A DNA stretch of 64,000 nucleotides from Schizochytrium sp. TIO01 (lineage: Eukaryota; Protista; Bigyra: Labyrinthulomycetes), in contig SMSO01000006.1 in NCBI GenBank assembly GCA_004764695.1, forward strand, positions 1,131,859-1,195,858. Reading direction: 5' to 3'. Below are positions 37,456-50,013 of this stretch, piece by piece (position 1 is the first letter of the stretch; each line of letters opens with the position of its first letter). The notes below the pieces were generated by a model. It was given only the letters and a program-made list of their open reading frames with translations. It made no database searches and was not told where the DNA came from. The translations under genes and the position numbers were made by a program.

Positions 37456-38628
37456 ATGATGTCAGCAACAACGTTGGTGCTAGCTCTTGTTGCGGCAAGA
37501 TTTTTGCATGTGCATCGAAAGAAGTACAACGAGATTGTCTTTAATCCCGCGAGCAGTACATCTAACCGGATTTTTAGGAGCATCAAGAGCATTGCGGAAA
37601 CTTATGTGGCACCATGGTGGGCACCGACTGGTGTTTTTCAGACAATCATTCCAGACATGATCATGACGACTGAAGAGGATCTCGCGAAGATGTTTCGACG
37701 CGAAGAGATTCCTCTTCCTGAGATGAAAAAGCGGGCTGAGTCTACATGCTGCCCTGACGTTGTGCCTGAGGGTCTTGTTTCCCTGGATTGGCTGGACACT
37801 GAGGACAGGGATGGCCCCATTATTCTTCTCGTGCCTGGGCTGACTGGTAGCAGTCGAAGTGGATTTATTCGCCGTGTCGCGAAACAGTTGTACCAAGCAG
37901 GATTCCGGGTGGCATGCTATAACCCTCGAGGCCGAGGCGGCAATGAACTTAAGACTCCGTTTCTCTACAGCGTAGGCTACACCGAAGACCTGCGCCGCGT
38001 TGTGAAGCATATCCGCGAGGAATATCCTCAGGCAAAACGTTTCTACGCCGCTGGATACTCTCTAGGCAGCAATTACCTTGCCAAGTTTGTGGGTGAAGAA
38101 GGTGAGGACTGCTTGCTTGATGGTGCAGCAAGTCTTGCTTGCCCGGTCGACTGCTTGAGCATTTCTCACTCATTAAACACAACCCTAGGTGGTCGTTTGA
38201 TGAACCCTGTACTTGTCTATTTTGTAAAGAAAATGGCAAAGGAATACCGTGATGTGCTTGGACAAGCACCAGACTGGTTCGATTTCGATGGCATGCAAGA
38301 GGCTAAGACAATGCATCAGTTCGACGGCAAAATGACAGCGCCTGCGTTTGGCTTTCCTACTGCTTCTGACTATTATCGCAACTCAAGTAGTGGACTCGTT
38401 TTGCATAAAATTGCGCGGCCAATGCTCTTTGTCTCAGCTCGCAATGATCCCATTTGCCCAGGCTCTAGTATTCACATGGACAACTTTGAGCAAAATGAAA
38501 ATCTTATTTCTGTCCGCACTCAGTCTGGTGGACACAGCATGGATTGGCCTACTGCCACATTGCAGCCCTGGTCTGCTAAGCTCCTTGTAACGTACTTTAC
38601 AACTCTCAATAGCCTTACTAATGAATAA
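37456..38628 (+). CDS. Alpha/beta hydrolase, ABHD1/2/3 (YheT/EHT1) family
   Basis: N-terminal hydrophobic anchor, LDW, VPGLTGSS, YNPRGRGG, nucleophile elbow GYSLG, ARNDPI, GGH. Confidence 0.9.
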   Translation: MMSATTLVLALVAARFLHVHRKKYNEIVFNPASSTSNRIFRSIKSIAETYVAPWWAPTGVFQTIIPDMIMTTEEDLAKMFRREEIPLPEMKKRAESTCCPDVVPEGLVSLDWLDTEDRDGPIILLVPGLTGSSRSGFIRRVAKQLYQAGFRVACYNPRGRGGNELKTPFLYSVGYTEDLRRVVKHIREEYPQAKRFYAAGYSLGSNYLAKFVGEEGEDCLLDGAASLACPVDCLSISHSLNTTLGGRLMNPVLVYFVKKMAKEYRDVLGQAPDWFDFDGMQEAKTMHQFDGKMTAPAFGFPTASDYYRNSSSGLVLHKIARPMLFVSARNDPICPGSSIHMDNFEQNENLISVRTQSGGHSMDWPTATLQPWSAKLLVTYFTTLNSLTNE

Positions 38629-39556
38629 AACAATGAACCTCTTTTCATTTCAATTCTTCTTTTCTAATTTTATAGATGAAAGATCACCTTATCAGTTGAG
38701 AAAGAGAAGAACAAGAAAAGGAAAAAGAAAAAGTCAGCGAAGCAAGGAACCTCGCCTTCTTCGTGGAAAAGCAAGAGAAACATTTGATTCAAATCCATTT
38801 TGTTTTTGTATCATGGTGTACTATTGCTCCATGCTTCACTCGTTGTAAAGACCTTTAATTTTCTGGATTGAACCAAATCAACGCAAATCAATACTAGTGT
38901 TATGTGAAAAGTTGTGTTTAGATTTAAGTGAGGGGGTGGAAGATGAACCAACACACAAGTGGGAATTAACCATAAAAAGAAGTAATAAAAGAACCATATC
39001 AGAAGCGGATAGTTACGAACATTCTCTCTTTAAAAGAGATAACGAGTCAATTTCAGCTGGACTTATACGGTTGAACACTTTTTGGTTCCTTTGCAGAGAG
39101 ACAAGACCATCCATGCTCTTTTAGTTCGCAAGTATACAGAGGGCTCCACCGAAGTAGAGGATCCATCTACACGCGAAAGTACAAGCATGGCAATACGAGT
39201 TTCATGAGCTGGCTCGCTACAGGCAAATGTACTAGTCCACTGTGCAGGTCCACATAGAGAACGCCTATGTTCCGTAAGAAAGAAGATTGCAAACTTTTCC
39301 CGAGACGGCATAAGCATCCAAATCAATTTTGCTTGTTTATTGAAAGAGGATGTAGTTTGTGATAAACGGACTAGAGGAGGGAGCTAGATGATTGTGATAG
39401 TGGTGACGATATGGACTACGCGGAACAGGCTTACTCCATCATGAGGAGGGTTCGAAGGAACCGACCTGATGTGTCCTTGAAGTAAAAATTTATGTGCGCG
39501 CGATCACACAATCGTTCACCTGATAATGAAAGCAGCACCTATCTATGTGAGAGAGC

Positions 39557-40336
39557 TTAGTTGGTGCGAACCTTCTTCCGCCTCTCACGGCGGCCGTGGT
39601 GGCTGCAAGGGCGCTTTCCGTGGTTTGCCTGTGTCAATTAATTTCGGTCTATTTGTTAGTGAAACTTGTACGTTGCATGCATACTCTTTTTTACTCCTTC
39701 TCAACTGGCTCATTCCTTCATCAATACTCATTGTCAAGACCATACTGCAAAAGTTAAAGTGTTCTAAAGATAATAACTTCTTCATCTTCTTGCACTTGAT
39801 TAGCAAGTGTGGCATGTATGTACAGCAAATATGAAGATTTCGACAAGGATTCTATACTCGGCACATTTTAATAAGAAATGTAGGCCATCACAGAGCATAA
39901 AGCTTGACACCGTACCAAGAGTCCTTCAGGATCTCAGCCGCAATCACTTCAACTTAGCTTCGCCATTTGCGAGTGTATTTGAAATGACCTCTGTAATGAC
40001 ATGTGCAGTTCTATGTAATGCATATATGCCCAACAACATCAACAAATTGACCAATTATTATCACATTGTGCTCATATGTCTTACCTTCTTGGGCTTGCGC
40101 GCGTTACGGTTCATCATCTGGAGAGTATCGGCCTCAGCCACGAGGCCGAAGGAAACCTGCTTCGCCTGGGCAGCCTCGCGGAGGACACGGAGCGCCTGGA
40201 AGTGCTGGGCAGCGCCGCAATCCATGGCGATGGGGGCCTGCATCTGCAGCGGCTGCACGGTCTTGAGGACCGGGGCGGGGGCGCTGCTCACACGCATGGC
40301 AGAGCGGGCGGCGACGGCGGCGGCGGTGCGGAACAT
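39557..40336 (-). CDS. Small basic protein with mitochondrial-type presequence and bL37-like C-terminus; exons 40336-40085, 39628-39557 (107 aa)
   Basis: Donor AAG|GTAAGA at 40084, ACTAAC branch site and CAG acceptor at 39629. Spliced C-terminus MNRNARKPKKANHGKRPCSHHGRRERRKKVRTN*. N-terminus MFRTAAAVAARSAMRVSS is Ala/Arg/Ser-rich and acid-free. Confidence 0.75.
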
Positions 40337-41368
40337 TGTGCAGAAAACGAGGTGATTGCGGAAATGCCTCGCGACCACTGCGACAGCAACGATGGAAATG
40401 AAACAATAGAAAGACAATTAATGACAGCCGTGAAAGAACGGAACGGAACACTTTAGAACAAGCTCACTACGACCACTTAAGAGGCTAATAGTGCATGTAA
40501 TGCAAATTTGCACAGAAAGAACACTGGGCAGCCATCCATACTATGATTTATATTAAGTAGAGAGTCTTAGTCTTAGCGCTGCTATTGCGGACGGTGAGAG
40601 CACGGGCAGTGAGAACGAAATATGGTATTTAGTAAACTATACTAAATTTAGCGTTAATATGGTTGTTGAAATGGGGGCTGTAGGGAGCAGAGGCAGAGCG
40701 CAGTGCATTTATTTATTTTGTGGGGAGAGCAAACAGAAGCACTTTCTTGCTACACAAATAGATGCGTTTGCTTCCATGTAAAGACTCGAGTAAATTGCTC
40801 AGGAAGGAAATTCGAAGACCAGACTTCAAGTTAAATCAAAAGCATAACTGCATGCTAGTGGAGGGAAACATAATTCAACAATTAGTGCTAAGTCTATTTG
40901 GCGTAGCGAACAGAAGAGGATTAACCTCTTTCTCTCACATATAAAGAGAAATTAGTTCTCTTTGTTATACGAGATTTGACGGCAGAGAAGAATTAGTGCG
41001 GAGCAATTCTTTTCTGACTCTCTGTTTGTATATCTTCTATTCTATTTATGTTGTTGGTTTTCGATATTTTCAAGAGGTGCCAAGGTGGTCAGAAAACATA
41101 GGTTATTATTAAAGGAGTAGTAGCAGGTCTAAGAAAGCGAACTAGAGGCTCGATGATTGAGAAATTCATTCATTTGCCTAAATTCAATTTCGCGCTCTGC
41201 AAAATCACACACATGTGACATGCTCGAAGAGAGCCAGGTTTTATAATTTGGCCTTACGCAAATGCAGGAGTGTTGTAGCGTGCATATTCCCATGCGTCAA
41301 TTGAAAGTAATGAATGTGGGGTTAAAATTATCAAGAAAAGGGATGCTCAGGCTGGATTTGCCTACCCT

Positions 41369-42448
41369 TCAGTTCCACCCATTGTCAAGGCCCAGGAAGA
41401 AGCTGTTCTTGCGAGCCTTGGTGAGCGCGGTTCTGAGCGTCTTCCCACTCTTGACCCTGGCAGACGGCGCCGTGAGCCATTCATCTTCACTTCTTTGGGC
41501 CAGTTCTTCGTTCTTTTCCATGAGCCAATTCATAAGTTTCTCCTCAACCTTCTCTTCCCCGTCTCCACTGGCTACTGCCTCTTGCAGGAGTTTTCTAGCA
41601 TTTTCACTGTCCCATAGTTCCTGTCTGAAGTTGTCCACATTCAAGTGAGGTGGCCTGCACCTGAGTGATGGCTTGAACATTTCCGCAAATTGTTCCGCAA
41701 GTTTCTCGCTCACCCCGTTGATAGCGTCCCTTTCGCCCTCTCTCTCGAGCCCCGCCGCGCCCGGTAAGTCCATTTCTGCTACGGGCTGGCTCTGATTAAT
41801 CTCCGCGAAGAGGTCGTTCACAGGCACGTCGTCGTCACCGCACGCGTAAACCTCTGTGAGTACATGTTTGTCGTCCTCCCATGTGCCTTCTCTGAGCATA
41901 ACCTCAAGACTGCCAACGCGGTGCTGGCCGTCAACAATGCCTCTCTTGTCTGGGGCGTCGAGGTCGAAAATAGTGATAACGCCAGGCAAGCCAAAACGGG
42001 CGTCTGCACGTTTGGCATCCGCGATCTGACGGGCGCGCTCAGGTCTAAAGATGCGTTGTTTCTCCCAGACGGGCACGACGGCTTTGTTCACGAGCTTCTT
42101 GGGCTCCGTCGCAAAAACCTTCTTGTAGCCAAAATCGTGTAGTAACTTGCCATAGATAGGATGGAAGTCCTCCCGACGCCGATCGCGGCGTTCAGCCAAC
42201 AGCTGATCGCGGGCCTCTGCTGTGTTACGTTCCGAGACCTCTAGACGCTCTCGAAGAGACGCAAGCGATGCTCGAGCGGTGGCAGCATCAGCCTCGGCGG
42301 AGGCAAGTTGAGCATGGGCGGAAGCAAGCGCCGCAGAAGCACGGGCTGCAGCGGATTCGGCCTCAGCTCGGAGAGCTTCTAATGCTCGCTTCTCGGCAGA
42401 GACCTCGCCACTGCTCTGGGCGAGGAGTCGAGAGACAGACTTGAGCAT
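41369..42448 (-). CDS. Coiled-coil plus DGQHR (ParB/Srx-superfamily, DndB-like) domain protein
   Basis: QR.FRPERARQIA...LPGVITI...GIVDGQHRV...LFAEINQSQPV. Likely ATG at 42448 (MLKSVSRLLA). Confidence 0.75.
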   Translation of the reverse strand: MLKSVSRLLAQSSGEVSAEKRALEALRAEAESAAARASAALASAHAQLASAEADAATARASLASLRERLEVSERNTAEARDQLLAERRDRRREDFHPIYGKLLHDFGYKKVFATEPKKLVNKAVVPVWEKQRIFRPERARQIADAKRADARFGLPGVITIFDLDAPDKRGIVDGQHRVGSLEVMLREGTWEDDKHVLTEVYACGDDDVPVNDLFAEINQSQPVAEMDLPGAAGLEREGERDAINGVSEKLAEQFAEMFKPSLRCRPPHLNVDNFRQELWDSENARKLLQEAVASGDGEEKVEEKLMNWLMEKNEELAQRSEDEWLTAPSARVKSGKTLRTALTKARKNSFFLGLDNGWN

Positions 42449-44543
42449 CGGGATTCTTCGGGATGAGACTTCTTTGGATGACGACTCAGTGAACCAAAGA
42501 ACTGGGGAAGAATCGGACGAGGCGGCCGAGAAGTACTCACGAAAGACGAAACAGGTCGCCGACGCTCCCGAGTGTTCTGATTGCAGCTGAAAGCTAAAGT
42601 CTCTGATATCTCCCCGCACACGCGGCTCGAAATGGTTCTGCAAAACTCACTCTTCGTTATCACCGCTCTCGGCGGTTTAATCCAAGCAAGCTCCAGTGCA
42701 GAACCACTCCAACGACAAGCGTAGGGGCAAGGAGGTGCTGGAGACACACGCGAGTCGCCGATACGGCGGACGAAAGTTTGGAGGGCTCTGGCAGGCCAAG
42801 GGACTGCATCAGAATCGAAGGAGCCCAGATTTGCCCATCATCAAATCATTGCTACTGTAGTGCGTACTATGTGCAATGAAAGCGATCATTACCACTTATC
42901 TACTTCTAAAGATAGATGGCAAAATGAAACTTTTATTCCTCTTTCCCACTTCTCGCTTTGCAAGAGACACAGAACCCTTCGCTCTTTCAGGAGATCGAGC
43001 GAGTACGAAAGACCAATGAGCGAGGCCCTCGTTGAGTAATTTCCAAGTCTCCTTCGACGTCTATCGCGATTCCAGTCGATGGACGGGGTGCTATGAAATG
43101 ACGACGACGACGTCCACTTCAACAGGAATTCTGCTGCCTAGTCTCTGGTTTCTTGCATAGCGATAGAGAAATAAAATGTGCGCAGACCTGCTGTGCGCTG
43201 ATGCTTAGATTCAGAGTTTTACCGAAGCCGTCAGAGATCTCGCGGTCGTCAAAGATGATATTCCTGGCAGCACTAAAAAGGCCAATGAGTTCACTTGTAC
43301 AGTTTACATCTGGGAGAGAAAACTATTGTCAAAAGAGCCGCGATGGTTTCGACGATCGATGGGCGACGGTGAATCATGAAGGCAGAACCAGCACTACGTC
43401 GAGTAATGTAAATTACAAATCATAGCAGTGGGGAAGCAATCACTGGCGGAGATGAAATCGACCCATGTAGGTGGGGAAGGGGAAGAACACCTTGTGGGAA
43501 GCGCAGCGAGTGGACACGAAGACATCACGACCACAATGAAAATAGCTGATAAAAGCAAGTCAACCACAGAAGGTTGAAGAGCACTGCCGACTTTCAGAGC
43601 CCAGAATCACAGTGGTCTTTGCAGCAATGCGGAAGGCGTCGCTGTTGGTTAGAGAGGGGTAAGAGGGATTCTTCATTGGAACATTGGAACAAAGAGTGAT
43701 TTTTGTAGCTTGTTTGTTTTTTCAACCTTTTTCTTCAGCGCGTATTCAATATGAAGATGGTCGCCATAGAGGTAGAAACATAAACAGGTGAAGAAAAGGA
43801 ATCAGAGACGATCTCCTCTGATGAGAAGGTCTTCAAATAAGAAAAGGTTGTGCAGAATTTCTCAGTAGGCAGTGGGTAGATACACTCGTCTCCCTTCCTT
43901 CATTTTATAAAAAGTGAGCAAACTAATTAAATTTAAATAAAAAAAAGAAAGGTAATAGCAAAGAGGGAAAACGACAAACGTAAACACTATATGCGATGCA
44001 GGGTCCTCGCGTATGAGGAACTTTAGGTATTCTGTAGAGCGACGATAAAGGCCATTGCTGGGCGGTAGGTAATATTGTCGATATCATGCAGTGTCAAATG
44101 GTGACAACCAGAAACCGTAGGGTTGGGCTAAAGGAGCACACGCAGTGTACCTACCTACCTACCAGTAAATACTATTTCAAGAGGCGACTTGGGAGAATGG
44201 AGACTTTGTTTTTGTTTTTTAATAATCATAAAATTATTAAAATCCTTCCGGTTGATTAGTTCTGCATCGTTTCGCAGGATTGCAAGTGTTATCATGTATG
44301 ATAAGACATCATGTAAGCATAGCATTTGCGTTTAAGTATTCACATACAGTACGCGGAAAACCTTCACAACCAGTTTATGACATGAAAAAAATACGGCATT
44401 CTTGCTTTGTCCAAATGTGGGCGTCGGACTGCAGTGCTGATGGAATGAAAATAAATAAAGCACAACACAACACAACACAACAAATAAAACAAAATAGAAA
44501 TCTAAATACTCATTTATAGTAACAGATTGAAATTTGAGACCTA

Positions 44544-45584
44544 TCATACTAATTCTAGGTTATCTCGTACATACGTGTAAGATGCTACACAGCCACGGTG
44601 CTGAATACTGAGAGCGCCAGCATCGCAGGCTAGTGAGGCGGCAGAACAAAGAGCATCATGCGCAAGATCAGAATCGCCTTGCTTTCCATGCAAACGAGCT
44701 AACTCCAATGCAAAAACTCCAGCAAAGCAATCCCCAGCCCCAGTTGTATCTATGACCTTGTCCTTGGAAACCTTAATGCGAGTCGATGCCCATGTGAGCT
44801 TTTCATGAGACGCAACAATAGCTCCAAGTGCACCAGCTGTAAGCACAATAGCTACCCTGTGATCAAGTGCTGCAGCCAATCGTCCTGCTATCCTTTCAAG
44901 AGAAGCTTTAGGGTCACCTGAGTTCTCTACCATATCTTGGTCCATACTCTCAACCTTGAGATGAGCTTGAAGGGTCGTCATAGCTTCAGTCTCGTTTACT
45001 AGCAAAACAGAGCATGACTCAAAGATCTCACGAGGAACATGTGTTCTCGCTGCAGGTGCAAAATTCCACAGGGCCAGCTTGCCCTCCTTTTTAGCCTCTA
45101 ACAAGGCTTTACCAGTGACTTCAAGAGGGATTTCATTTTGGCAGAGTACGAGGCTAGTTTGCTGCCACATATTATTTGTTTCAATAAGCTCTTGCAAGTG
45201 CTGCGTCGAGAGCTCAAAATTCGCACCAGGGTGCACTACAATTGTGTTCTCACCGTGCTTATCCACTGTAATTGCTGCAGACCCAGACCTAATCTCAGAT
45301 CCGAGTTTACGCACTGTGTCGGTATGTACACCGTGGTTAGCTAAGGTTTGCACGAGCACTTGACCTTGGCTATCGCCGCCAACACATCCAAGCATTGCGA
45401 CCCCAAGTTCGCCTTTTAGCTTTTGCGCCCACAAACCTGCCATCGCGGCTTGATTGCAACCCTTTCCCCCAACACCTTCTTCAAAGTTCGCAGCAGACAC
45501 CGTTTCGCCTGGCTTCGGCAGCTCGTCGACGTATCTGAAGCTATCCATGTTCAGGCTGCCCACGATGAGGACAGTTTGCTTCAT
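44544..45584 (-). CDS. RBKS: Ribokinase (PfkB family)
   Basis: VGSLNMD, LPKPGET, GGKGCNQA, GENTIVVHPGAN, QNEIP, VNETEA, DTTGAGDCF. Confidence 0.92.
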   Translation of the reverse strand: MKQTVLIVGSLNMDSFRYVDELPKPGETVSAANFEEGVGGKGCNQAAMAGLWAQKLKGELGVAMLGCVGGDSQGQVLVQTLANHGVHTDTVRKLGSEIRSGSAAITVDKHGENTIVVHPGANFELSTQHLQELIETNNMWQQTSLVLCQNEIPLEVTGKALLEAKKEGKLALWNFAPAARTHVPREIFESCSVLLVNETEAMTTLQAHLKVESMDQDMVENSGDPKASLERIAGRLAAALDHRVAIVLTAGALGAIVASHEKLTWASTRIKVSKDKVIDTTGAGDCFAGVFALELARLHGKQGDSDLAHDALCSAASLACDAGALSIQHRGCVASYTYVRDNLELV

Positions 45585-46871
45585 CGTATTCTAGTGAATA
45601 TATCCGTGCGAGAAACGAAGATCTTTTGCTCTAGCTCCTCGCACGGCGAAGCTCTTTGTGCTTTAGGTCTTCGACACAGCTCAAGGGTACTGGGTATGCG
45701 AAGATTGCCAAGGCAATTCTGCTCGAAGACGGATAAAGTAAAAAATCTTTCAGGTTTTGTTTATTAAACCCTGGAGTTGATTCAATCCGGCTAATCTTTG
45801 CTTTGAGGTTAATTTCAGATATATGAAGTCTCAAACGTTGGAACATTTTCGCCTTGGTAAGGATTGAGCATTGTATACTTATGGGTAGAACTTAAAATAT
45901 AATTTGTTTTTTCTATTGACCTTCACCTTAACATATATAGTTACTGGTTTTGTTAAACAAGACGCTAAATTTAGAACCGGGAAGTCTTATACATCTAACC
46001 TCTTTGGGGGCTTGGCTCCATCGAGACGTATGGATTACATGAAGCGCTTTCTGGATAGGTATTGCCTCCAATGTTAATTGCCAAGGTACAATTTTCATTG
46101 GATTATACGAGAGTGGAGCTAGCTCAATACGGTGTGGCGTTCAATTCAAACGTCGCACAAACTCGAATTTACAAGTGCCGATCGAAGCCACTTTACATGA
46201 CATTGTCCACCAGATTTTCACCATTCTCAATAGTAACCGTTCCCAGATGATTATTATTTATTATGTTGGAGGATAGTGAATGTTAGTACATTTACAACTT
46301 TTAAACTAGTCCAAACTTCTCTTTCCATGACCCAATTTCCAAATACTTTACGAAGTACACTACCTTAAAACCTCTGATTGGACATATTACTATAAATCTT
46401 TACGCTACTTCAGCCTTTTCTCTCGAACAACCACAGCAACGATAACATCAACAGCAACAATATCAGAATCATTGTCATCTGTTTCTTTGAAGTTATGTTT
46501 ATTCTAAACAAAGACACATGGTTTCGGTCCCAAGTCCCTTTGTTCCCTCATTTATATAAACCTATATAATTACTACTAGATAAAAATTGGGTTGTTCATC
46601 GGGTTGTGCAGTCTGCGAGACCCGTGGGTGGCCTGGCGACCACCGCTTGTCATGGTTCTGGGCCTGAGTATTAACTCGCGTGCCAATTCCATCTGAGCGG
46701 AGACGCCAATTCATACGCTGTCCTCTTGAGTAAAGGCAGGGGGCAAGAGTTCCTGCCATCAAGTCGGTCTTGGCCGCATAATCTTTCTGCGTCCGGTTTG
46801 GCTAGTTTCGACTCGTCTCCGGTCTTCGTCCTCGTTTAGTTTCGTCAAATCCACTTTAATCTAGACTCATC

Positions 46872-47822
46872 ATGGGCAAGCCTCTGGTTGGTAAGCGCGA
46901 GCGCGGACATGTGATCCGTCGCCGTAAGGATCGTGAGGCGAAGGTAGAGGAGCGCGAGAAGAAGTGCCTCCTGGTTCGCGGCAACAAGGTTGGTCCTTTC
47001 GGCCTTGAGCTGCTCCGCGACCTCCGTCGTCTGCGTGGGGCTGATAACACGACCTTGTTTTCTCGTAAGAACGATGTCCTTCCCTTCGAGGACGAGACCC
47101 GCATGGAGTTTTTGTGTGACAAGAACGACTGCGGCATTTTCGCGGTGGCCACGCACTCGAAGAAGCGGCCCAACAACATCGTACTTGGCCGCATTTACGA
47201 TAACCAGACACTCGATATGGTGGAGATTGGTGTTACGGGCTACGAGTCCTTCGAGGACGTGCTTAAGCGCACCAAGCTTGCCAAGGCTGTTGGTAGCCAG
47301 AGCGCCGTGATGTTTCTCGGTGATGACTTTGACAAGAACCAGGACATGCAGACTGTGCGCAGCATGTTGCTCGACCTCTTCAGGGAGCGCCAGGTTGACC
47401 AGGTTGACCTCACCACGCTCGACCACATTGTCTGCTGCAGTGCTGTCGATAACAAGGTCTACATCAGAAACTACGTTGTTGCTTTTGCACCCGACGCCAG
47501 CAAGAGTTCCAACGAGAACACAAACAAGGATGAGCCCAAACGTGTGGGTGTGGTTGATGTGCTTGGTCAACGCATTCCCAACCTGCAGCTCATCGACATG
47601 GGGCCAAACTTCAACTTCGTCGTGCGTAGGACACGCCTCCCGAGCCCTCAGCTCGAGAAGCTTGCCGTGCGCCAGGCCAAGTCTACACGCGGATTCAAGA
47701 AGGTCAAGAACGTCACTCACGACGCTCTGGAAGGCAAGATCGGCCGCGTGCACATGAAAAAACAGGACACAAACAAACTCGTCACGCGCAGCCGCTTCAA
47801 GAAGGCACTCAAGCGCAACTAA
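46872..47822 (+). CDS. RPF2: Ribosome production factor 2 (Brix domain)
   Basis: KNDVLPFED...EFLCDKNDCGIF...HSKKRPNNIVLGRIYD..LDMVEIG, DMGP.F.F.VRRT, KKVKNV..D.LEGKIGRVHM.KQD. Confidence 0.93.
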   Translation: MGKPLVGKRERGHVIRRRKDREAKVEEREKKCLLVRGNKVGPFGLELLRDLRRLRGADNTTLFSRKNDVLPFEDETRMEFLCDKNDCGIFAVATHSKKRPNNIVLGRIYDNQTLDMVEIGVTGYESFEDVLKRTKLAKAVGSQSAVMFLGDDFDKNQDMQTVRSMLLDLFRERQVDQVDLTTLDHIVCCSAVDNKVYIRNYVVAFAPDASKSSNENTNKDEPKRVGVVDVLGQRIPNLQLIDMGPNFNFVVRRTRLPSPQLEKLAVRQAKSTRGFKKVKNVTHDALEGKIGRVHMKKQDTNKLVTRSRFKKALKRN

Positions 47823-49074
47823 GCGCATGTTCTTTCTTTATACGCATCACACTACGAATCAACCGCCACAAATACTCTTGCCTCTTCATCTACACCTTAA
47901 TACTTGCTTTTCATAGTTCATACCCAATCTTCATCAGCCAACCTATGTTCTTCAACCTTTTTGTCGCATTCACAATTATCCTTTTCTTTAAACTTTGCCT
48001 CTTGTTTTTTTTTGAGTGGAGGCTCACTTATTCTTCTCTTGAGTGTACTGTATAGTGGAATCCGTTGTGCATTTAGATGGTGATTTGTGAGATATCTCTT
48101 GTTTTGAACCGAAGTAATAACGATGCATAACAGCAGAGGAGGCTCTTCAATGTCTTTGCCTATAAATACATTGATATAGGCTAAACTATGAAACACATAA
48201 CTACCACATAGGGAAGATATTGGATTAAAAACTCGTCTCAAGCGTACGGAGTATTTCAATCGATCAGACTTCATCGAATTCTTTGCGTAGATCTCAAGAG
48301 AAAAAGTATCCTATAGAAGAACAAACAAATGAATCATTGCGTAGTGACAATGGTGTCCGCGCAGTCACGATTGCAACAGACCTGAATACCCACAAGCAGA
48401 GATTTACCTTACAGAGAAAATTGCAAATTACATTTAGCTCTCAATAATCCCTCGAGGTTAAACTTCGCATGTCTGAACAAAGCGACACAATGACATGCTG
48501 ATAACAGAGGACTAATATAGAAATTCTCAAATTCTAATTCCCAAAACGAAAAAGTAATACACAGTTCAGGACAAAAAGAGTATCCTGGTGAGGAACAAGA
48601 AACAAATAAGAAATAAAAGGAGGCAGCCTTCGAAAACAAGAATGTTAGATGGTTCAAGAAAGTCACAAGTACTCACAAACTCATTGCAAGGATTGTACAT
48701 AGTGAGTAAATATAATAACAAGAAAGGAAACAAGCTTATCTGCCTCTAACCATGAGAAATAAAGGATTTCTCAAAATTCACATCTTCAGGAAAATCCGCT
48801 TACTTGCAAACATGTTATAAAACCCTAACCTAAATGTCACCGACTCGGAAAGGAGGCAAGAAGATGGAGAGGGGAAAACGTGATCAGCAAGGGATAAACA
48901 TGAAAAAGAATAGTCATATACCCGAGGCAGCTCAGAAGATTATTATCTCCAGAAAAGCATTACTACTCTAGCTAGCTATGAGCTACGAAGATAATAATCA
49001 CAGCAAATGAATAGTGTCCCACCGCGAGAATATTAGTTTCTTTACGTCAAGAGGAGAAGTAGAAGACAAACGCC

Positions 49075-50013
49075 TTACTGGATCTCCTCGCGCTTGAGAC
49101 CAGGGGGAAGGGACTGGGTGAGCTTGTCGGCCTTCTGCATGTCAGGGACGCTGAGGGTGTAGAGGTAGCGAGAGCAGCGGATCTTGAACTTGGTCTTGTT
49201 GTTCTTGTCCTTCTTGATCGTCACCTTCTTGGCATCGGCACGTCGTGCCTTCTGGAGGAAGTCACGGATGTCCTTGATTTCCTTGGGCTGTTTATTCATC
49301 AATCAACGAGCAATATGTACTGTTAGTCATCTCCTGTTCCTTTAAAACATTGACATTTTATTTTCGGGGACCACATAGGACACGCCAGCAACCATGGAAT
49401 TCAACTAGAGGGAATATATCAACAGAGATACCTTCAGAATCGACAAAACTAAGCCGTCCGTCTTTTATAACATAAACAAATAAGAGGCTCGGCTTCTTTT
49501 TGAGAGAAAATAACCTCCCTTCGGCGTCAATCAACAGACACAGTAAAACCACCATCGCAGTGAATCCCATTCTTCTCGCGATGAGGTTTTATACATCTGT
49601 AAATGTTCATCATATGACCGGCTGTGCCTCTATGTCGAGGTTCTTCTTCACAAATAGCATAAACAAAGAAAAAGAAAGAAGAAAGCAATGGTGGTCTCGA
49701 TGTCCGAAGGTGAATTTCCCATCAAAGAAAGGTTTTTCAAACGTCGTCTCAAGGTATCTCCGAGCTTGTTGGATTTGTCTCATCCCATGCGGCAGTTGAT
49801 ATCCTCATCCTCGAGTCTCCTCTGAGGATCACTCTAGTAGGTAAACAATAAAGGGCGGTCCTGGCCTCGGTGTCCTCATGATCATCCTCATCAACGCAAT
49901 GTGACACCAGAAAGCCTCCTGTACGCCTTCAAGCGAAGGGAGGGGCTTCTGGCATCGCAGCGGGGTCCTCAGCAGCTGCACGAAGCAGCATCGGGCTGTA
50001 CGCCACGTACCAT
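49075..50013 (-). CDS. RPL38: 60S ribosomal protein L38 (eL38); exons 50013-50011 (ATG only), 49287-49075
   Basis: [17 protein letters not shown]...[13 protein letters not shown]...KL.QSLPPGL. GCCACCATG|GTACGT donor at 50010, GACTAAC branch site and CAG acceptor at 49288. Confidence 0.95.

Noticed and set aside
43100-43760. Possible decayed coding sequence upstream of the DGQHR gene
   Set aside because: Only short ORFs and no recognisable motif.
46845-47828. 327-aa antisense ORF over RPF2, and similarly 26544-27110 over RPL10
   Set aside because: Same codon-bias artefact; the sense gene is unambiguous.
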